A stretch of DNA of 64,000 nucleotides from Eledone cirrhosa (taxonomy: Eukaryota): contig OZ024758.1 of NCBI GenBank assembly GCA_964016885.1, positions 22,072,001 through 22,136,000 of the forward strand, in the 5' to 3' direction. Shown one piece after another: positions 40,386 through 64,000 of this stretch. The notes beneath the pieces are model-generated. The model made no database searches. It saw only the letters and a list, made by a program, of their open reading frames with translations, and was not told the DNA's origin. The translations under genes were made by a program, and so were the position numbers. Numbering within the stretch: position 1 is the stretch's first letter; the number at the start of each line of letters is the position of its first letter.

Positions 40386-40417
<32 letters not shown>

Positions 40418-40432
40418 ATATTATATATATAT

Positions 40433-40515
<83 letters not shown>
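39448..40515. repeat. ~1-kb interrupted (TA)n microsatellite; similar tracts at 35742-36195 and 36381-36588
   Basis: Direct inspection. Confidence 0.95.
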
Positions 40516-40519
<4 letters not shown>

Positions 40520-40759
40520 CACACGTGTGTGTGTGCATAGAACAATAAAAAAAAAAAACAGAAGTCAGGTGCAGGTAGTTTGTTTACGATCATTTCAGCG
40601 GGTGTTACAACAGTGTATACTTATGGTTCGCTCATGTACCTTATCATTTTAGCCATTTAAAAAACTATTTATTCACACTAATATGGTGGAATTGTGTTTA
40701 GCAACTAGGATGCAAAATCTGCAACCTAAATTTTATTTTTTTTAATAGAAAGAACGATC

Positions 40760-40975
40760 GACTTTTTTTTTTTGTCAAATCGGACCGAGGGAACAATGTT
40801 TCCGTTGGTCTTTCCAATTGCTAATACTATCTATCGGTCGCAACTCCAGGTAGAAGGAGCAACGTGAAATAAAGTGTCTTGCTCAAGGACATAACGCATC
40901 GCCTGGTCCAGGAATCGAACTCACAACCTTACGATTGCGAATACAATTCTCTAACCACTCAGCCACACGCCTTCA
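40760..40975 (-). mobile_element. SINE family B subfamily copy
   Basis: Reverse complement of 52215-52430. Confidence 0.75.
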
Positions 40976-42567
40976 CAAAGAAGTCACTTTCAAATATGAG
41001 CAATGACTGCAGTGGGTGTGGTAATTAAAAGATATGGATAGGTCATAGTAGTGGTAGTGGTGGTTAATTATATAAATAATGAAAAAAAAGAGGGAAGAGT
41101 TAAAGAAAGGCAGATCTGGCTGTAAAGGAAAGTACTATAAATGCCATAAATGAGAAAAAAAAGGAGGAAAAGAGCAAGGAATATTAGGCAACGGAAGAAA
41201 GATTTATTTTAATACCCGTTATTAAATTGAGGTGGTTTTTTATGTAATCTAAAAATATTAAATGTCAAACTAAAATGACAATTATGCTACAGAAAATTAT
41301 GAAATGAGGTCAAAATATTTCATGCGAAAAAAGTTACTGCGAAATTTTTACAACACACACACATGCATACACATCAATATATATATGTAAACAAATATAT
41401 GTATATACAAGGATTGGCTGATCAAGATACTCTCATGGAATAACCAAATGAGGTTTATATTTCAACATAGCCTCTGGAAAGAAACAATACAGTTATTAAT
41501 AAGCAGTGTTGAAATTAATGCATGCCAGATTTCACAGCTCTATCATCATATCAATTGTATCTGGCCAAAATTCTCTCTTCTCTTTCTGCTGACCCCTCAT
41601 ACTGGTGTTAAGGTATTCTTCTAAAAATAAATATCACCAAAATCTCATAGATTCCATATTATGCGAGATAAAGCCTTTACTATGAAAATATAATAATAGA
41701 TATAAAGTAATGTAAATGTTAAAGGGTTAATATGTTATTGTTGCTTACATTACAGTCTAGCTTTTCTTTATCTTACCACCAGGTAACTAATTCATGAAAG
41801 TTATTCGTCAAGCCAATAACTGGATTTCACTTTATTAACCTCTTTGCACCCGCGCTGTTTTTTTACATATCCTGCTATGAATGTAACCGTATCTGCAATC
41901 ATAAATATACAGCTTGGTAAGAACAACTTTTTTTTTTTGTTCTTGTTGTTTTAGTTACCGTATAAGCCTGGATATAAGCTGATCCTAATATAAGTCAACC
42001 CCTATTTTATGTCTGAAAAATAGGTAAAAATCCAAGCCCATTTATAAACCAAGGCAGCAAATCAACACACACATATTACTTATGAAACAATTTAGATGGC
42101 GTGGTTTTAAAAATTCTCATGAGTGGAGAATATATTTATGAAATTTTAATATTTTGATATTTAAAATGTTTTCAGTGTCGTTTAGAGTATAGTTTTCGTT
42201 TCACAATTCCATTGTGTAATGGTTTTTTACCATTTCAGGCCATTTTGAAGGACATATTCATTCAAGACTAATTTTTTTTAAAAAACAGGAAATAATAATT
42301 TCACCTTCAAAGTGAAACTGTTGTAATATTCGTCCTTTGTTAACTCTTCCTTGTGTAGGCTCCCAGAGAGTGATTGCAGTTTATGTGGTCACAAATCTGC
42401 TTGATATAGGTCTTAGCTTTTGTCCTCTTCTAGTTCTTCCTCGTGTAGGGTCCCACAAAATAACTTCACTATTTCATCTTTAGCTCTCCAGCCATGCCCT
42501 ATCAATCTGACTCTATACTATTTGATATTAGACATATTACTTATGAAACAATTGAAGAGCAGTTCAG

Positions 42568-43025
42568 TCAATCATATTGCTGGCCTCCCCACAAAGTGGA
42601 CAGAATGGAGAAGGCGTTTCCCTGGTGGGCGGCAAGGGAGATGCGCTGGAAAAGCCATTCCAGCTCGCGAGGGTCACACCTGCGGCTGGCCAGCTCAGCG
42701 CCTATGGTAGTGAGTAGGGAGGTAGCCCCAGGTCTAAGGACACCAGAAGTCTCCACTGCCAAGGGCACAACCACAAACCTGTCGGAGAGCAACTGGTATT
42801 TGAAGAGTTTGGCTTCCTCAGCCCGACGTGTAGCAGAACCTGGGTTAGTCGCAGACTGCACCAGGTTGCGGCTGGATAAAGTGTTGGTGCAAGTGGCATC
42901 CCAGACAAGGGGTTTGCCACCGCGGAACAGGAAGATGGTCATGCCATCTGGCCTTTTGCCATCCCCTCGGTCCAGCCCCACCAGCTCGAGCTGGGAAGGA
43001 AAGCCTGCAGCGTCCAAGCCATGCT
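42568..43025 (-). mobile_element. CRE-like non-LTR retrotransposon 3' fragment (restriction-like endonuclease)
   Basis: DGKRPDG..G..LVWDAT...K..KY...VPLAVETSG...LFQRISLA..GNA: PD-D RLE domain. Confidence 0.85.
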
Positions 43026-43681
43026 AGTTGGTTATGTCTGATTCTAGACAAAGGTTCCCATACAATCACTCAGGCTGGGTCTTTGAATTAATAGTTTTAT
43101 TAATATTGTTTTATCAGATGTCTGAACTCACTTCATTTACTTAATAAATTGTTAAGTATGTTTTCACCTAATTAACAATCTAAATTCTAAGTTATTTTGT
43201 TCTTGTAGATAATGTAATTGATAAAACAACAAAACACAATTTAGTTGCTGATAAAAAGGTAGCCAAACATCTTATAAGTATTACCTTATCTCTGAAAAAT
43301 TAAGATTGTTTACTGTTAATTTTCATTGCACTTTATTTTCTTATTATCTTTTACATTTCCCTATAAAAAATGTTGGGGTGGGGAACAAAACCCTGAATAC
43401 CCCTGCGTAACTAAAAGTGGGTTAGGTGAAAAGCCTATAAATAAGAACTGAAGTGAATTGTCAGGGACTGTGTATATACGGAGTCTCATTGGTAGTTCGT
43501 AGTTACACCTGATGAATACTTTGGTTACCCTCCTTTTGTACAGATATACAAAACAGTTGTGTCATACCAATATAACAAAAATAGACACCAGAAATATCTC
43601 TGTGATTCTCCTATTTAAAACTGAAGTGAAATTAGTTGACTTCTTTCTATTACCAGTGTACACTAGAGTTTCTGAAACAAG

Positions 43682-60523
<16,842 letters not shown>

Positions 60524-61137
60524 AAATTTGTGGGATCGAAAAAAAAAAAAAAAAAAATAATAATAATAATTTTCAACTTTATTCTATTCTAATGAAATCT
60601 TCACAAAATTGGCACATCGGTTTTTATTTTATTAAAAAAAAATACCCTGTATCATTAAAGGAACTAAATGCTATATATACGTGTGTGTGTGTATGTATAT
60701 ATATATATATATATATGTATGTAAAAGGTAAACAGATCTAACAACACAATTGGTAAAGTATATGGACTTAAAGTATATATTAACTTAACGCTTGAAATAG
60801 CAGGAAGAGGGTCTTAACGTTTCGGATGCAATTCTTTCATTAAAAGAAGGAATGACAAATTAGAAAGATTGAAGGGACAGGTGGGATGAATTTGGAAAAA
60901 CTGTTTTTAGAGAAAAATAACAGGTCACCTATATTATCATCCACAGCTTTTCCCTGCTTATATATATATAAGTTGTAAATTGAAGTTTTAGCTGTTGTAC
61001 AGCAAGTACTATTCGATTTGTTTGAGGCAATCACAAAGCACTCAATTAGGTCCAGAGTAAACACAACAGTTGTAAAGTGTGATACCAATGAAACCAACCG
61101 AAAGCACCAGCTATATATATAACATAACTACGATAGA

Positions 61138-61285
61138 TACAGGTAAAATTCTGTTATAACAAAATTGTTTTCAATCCCCGATTCACGCTTGATGTGTTAG
61201 GTCAATCTCGTTATAAAGAATTTTTCGTTAAAACAAATTTTTTTTGTATACAAGGTGAATTTCGTTATAACAGAATTTCACTGTG
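61138..61285. mobile_element. pogo/Tigger-like MITE; second copy at 44279-44438
   Basis: TA-CAGGTAAAATTCTGTTATAAC ... GTTATAACAGAATTTCACTG; internal ttataac repeats. Confidence 0.6.
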
Positions 61286-63019
61286 TATATATATATATAT
61301 ACAGACACATATATACTAGATTTTTTTTTTTTTTTTGAGATTTTGGTGAGGAGTGGCATCACTTCTCTGAAGACCTTCTGCTGTCGAGCTCTCCTGGGCG
61401 TTTCTTACCACGGTTTCCCATTCATCCTTTGTACTATCTCTCTTCTAAGCAGGTAGAGTCTTGATTCGTCAGCTGTGTCAGCTTTTACTTTACACACTTT
61501 ATTGCTCTGTCAAAATACACACACAAATAACATCTTAAAACCATTTTACTCTGATTATTAAAGATGTCAAATTTACAAACCAATGTGTTGTAGTTTGCTT
61601 GAAACATTAGGAAATATAAATTTAAATAATTTTAAAAGCCATACAATGCATTAGAAAATTAAAGGTGTCAAGATAACGATAGAATTAACAACTCATCTCC
61701 TACCGATCCTTTAAGACCTTCATATGGTACTCCCTTGATAATGGGTTTTTAAACCTGAAAATATTTGGTAAAATTCTATCATTATCTTGGCACCTTAAAT
61801 TTACAAAACAATATTTTTAAAAACTACAAGTAATAAAAGATTCGAATTTATGGTTTCTGTATTTTATTTGTTTCTTTTTCTTTAGTTTTCCTATTGTTCT
61901 TCAAAAGTTATCTCGCCTAGTTTAATAGAGATACGTCCCATTTTATAGTTATGAAAACTAACCAATTCAGAATTACTTCTGCCCACATTATAACCATATC
62001 CAAGTTGATAATCCTCTTTAGGTGAAATGCCTCTTAAGAAATATGGTTTGGTAATTTCTTTTAAATAAACTCTCACTCACTCTCTCTCTATATATATATC
62101 TGTGTGTGTGTGTGTGCATATATATATATATGTATATATTATGTCGGGTCGCTCTTCAGCGCTACTGGTAACATGTAACCCAGTAGAACCTGTGCATGGC
62201 TGGGTCATCAGCGACTAAACCGGCAACACCACCAAGCTAATTTGAGGAGGAGGGTGATTTTGGGTTCAAGCACAGGCATCGCTTGATATGTGACATTTTT
62301 TGCGATGCATGATATTGTTGGCCATAGGCAAGTCCCTAGCAGGACTACGGAGCCACGTCTGTCATGCTCATGCTTGCTTAAGTATCAAGTGATGGCATTT
62401 CTCATAATCGAGTTGCAGCCATCATATATGTATATATAAATATAGACACACATATATCGTCATCGTCATCTATGAATATGTATGAAACCATGGTCAATGC
62501 CAACAGGGCAAAAGAAGCAGTTTTAAGATGTAAACTTCTCGTAGGATCCTCTACAGCCAACTAAAATCTCTACATGCTTTGATGTCGAAAGAATCAGTTT
62601 TAGGACATACACTTCACATAGTATCTACTTAGGCCACGTTTTAGAGTATATACTTCCTATAGTATCTCCTACGGCCACATAAACATTGGTCAATGCCCAG
62701 CTTGAGGGCGTATATGTCCTATAGGATCTACTGCAAGATAAACCTTGGTCAATGCCAGGTTAAAGGGTTAAAGTAACGGCGTATACATCCCATAGGATCT
62801 CATACCTTGGTCAATGCCTGGCTTGAGGGCGTATACGTCCCATAGGATCTACTGCAAAACCTGGTTGGAGGGCAGTGTCTGCTGAGAGGGCGAAAGGGTG
62901 AGCTTCTGGTTGCATCCTCTACAGCCAGGTAAACCATATGAGAGGGCGATTGAAGCGGAGGGCTAAAGTAATGGATTTCCTACAAGTAGTGTTAGGGCAT
63001 ACACTTCACATAGTATCTC

Positions 63020-63316
63020 CTAGGGCCAGGAGATAGTATCTCGGCCGAATAGACACTGGTCAGAAGGCGAAAGAAGCACGTCACTAATGTAGCTGGACTG
63101 TCGTCTATACAGTTCATTTACATACTTAGTTTCTTTTTTCGACACTTTGTATATATAAGGCAGACCACTCTTAGTGTTATTGGAAGAGTTACCTCCCTCT
63201 CCAAAACGTATTATAGTAAAATAGTAAAACAACTCGTATATAAAATGTACAAATTTCTTTATTCTTGACGGCAAATACCCATGTTTTTTCGTCGAAATAA
63301 ACTGAACACAATTCAT
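63020..63316 (-). mobile_element. Possible degenerate Penelope-like RT/linker fragment
   Basis: KKHGYLP..IKK...LPYIYKVSKK resembles the PLE post-RT (GYP..., LPY) region; weak. Confidence 0.35.
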
Positions 63317-64000
63317 ATATATGTAAACTTTTTATTAATAGACACTTCACTTTTCAGGAGACTTTGCCATATGATATTTTCACAAAACATTCAGTGGTTA
63401 CATCTGTAAAAAGAGAAAAAAATGAAATAAAAAATATTAAACTTCATAAATTCTTCCGTATATATACATTTAAATACAGAATAGAGAAAACCTGTTCCTA
63501 CGTTGCTTACACGATGCAGTCCCCATCGAGCTGTGCATGAGGTCGAGCGAAAACATGTCAGACGGTGAAACCGACTTTGATGTGCTGCTTCTATGTTACG
63601 TAGGTTAAAAGTTAAAGCGATATTGGATCTAGTTAACAATGGTGATATCTAAAAAAAGAATTCATTCAAAATTTAATGGCCAAAGCTAGACATCTCAAAA
63701 TATTCTGGTTAATATAAGTAACCAACATCATCTTGAAGTCACATAGACTCTGTTAGCTATATGAGTGGCGTGAGATTGCTAAGTGGGTCTGGGACTGCCT
63801 GATAATAAGCAGAATATAGCAACCAACATCAGGTTTAAGGGTGGAAGACAAGACCAAAGGAGATACTGCCAAGTCACTTCTACCATGTTAAAGCTGAGTG
63901 TTCAGCAGTTTTCCAACGAAGCTCAGAACCAAATATTTTGTTTCTGTTTGTATAAACTAACATATTTAATATGGAAAATCTCACACAATGTCATGAAAAG

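Noticed and set aside
60539-60556. A-tract after the GPCPD1 stop suggesting a processed pseudogene
   Set aside because: The gene has 16 canonical introns and an intact frame; the tract is genomic low-complexity sequence.

Overview
AT-rich, microsatellite-dense eukaryotic (animal) DNA. The tRNA-derived SINE families and RTE LINEs suggest a coleoid cephalopod, probably an octopod (inference). Two spliced genes that the ORF track misses were assembled by hand from GT-AG exons with consistent phases: ZSWIM7/SWS1 on the minus strand (7 coding exons, 30723->24016, 138 aa) and GPCPD1/GDE5 on the plus strand (17 coding exons, 43682->60523, 613 aa; CBM20 plus GDPD domains). They lie head-to-head. A possible third, unidentified spliced gene starts at about 2087 (+). 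The rest is mobile and repetitive DNA: a 5'-truncated but open RTE LINE with a PHD-like finger inside its RT, further RTE, CR1 and CRE-like fragments, Penelope-like remnants with minimal hammerhead ribozyme motifs and fold-back structures, two SINE families, Tc1/mariner, pogo and piggyBac-type MITEs, and many mini- and microsatellites. Highlights: a canonical histone-mRNA stem-loop carried by a Penelope-like repeat; several distinct hammerhead ribozyme families; and a CpG-rich, highly self-pairing island with an RFX X-box in the last ZSWIM7 intron. All homology calls come from recalled motifs, not from database searches.
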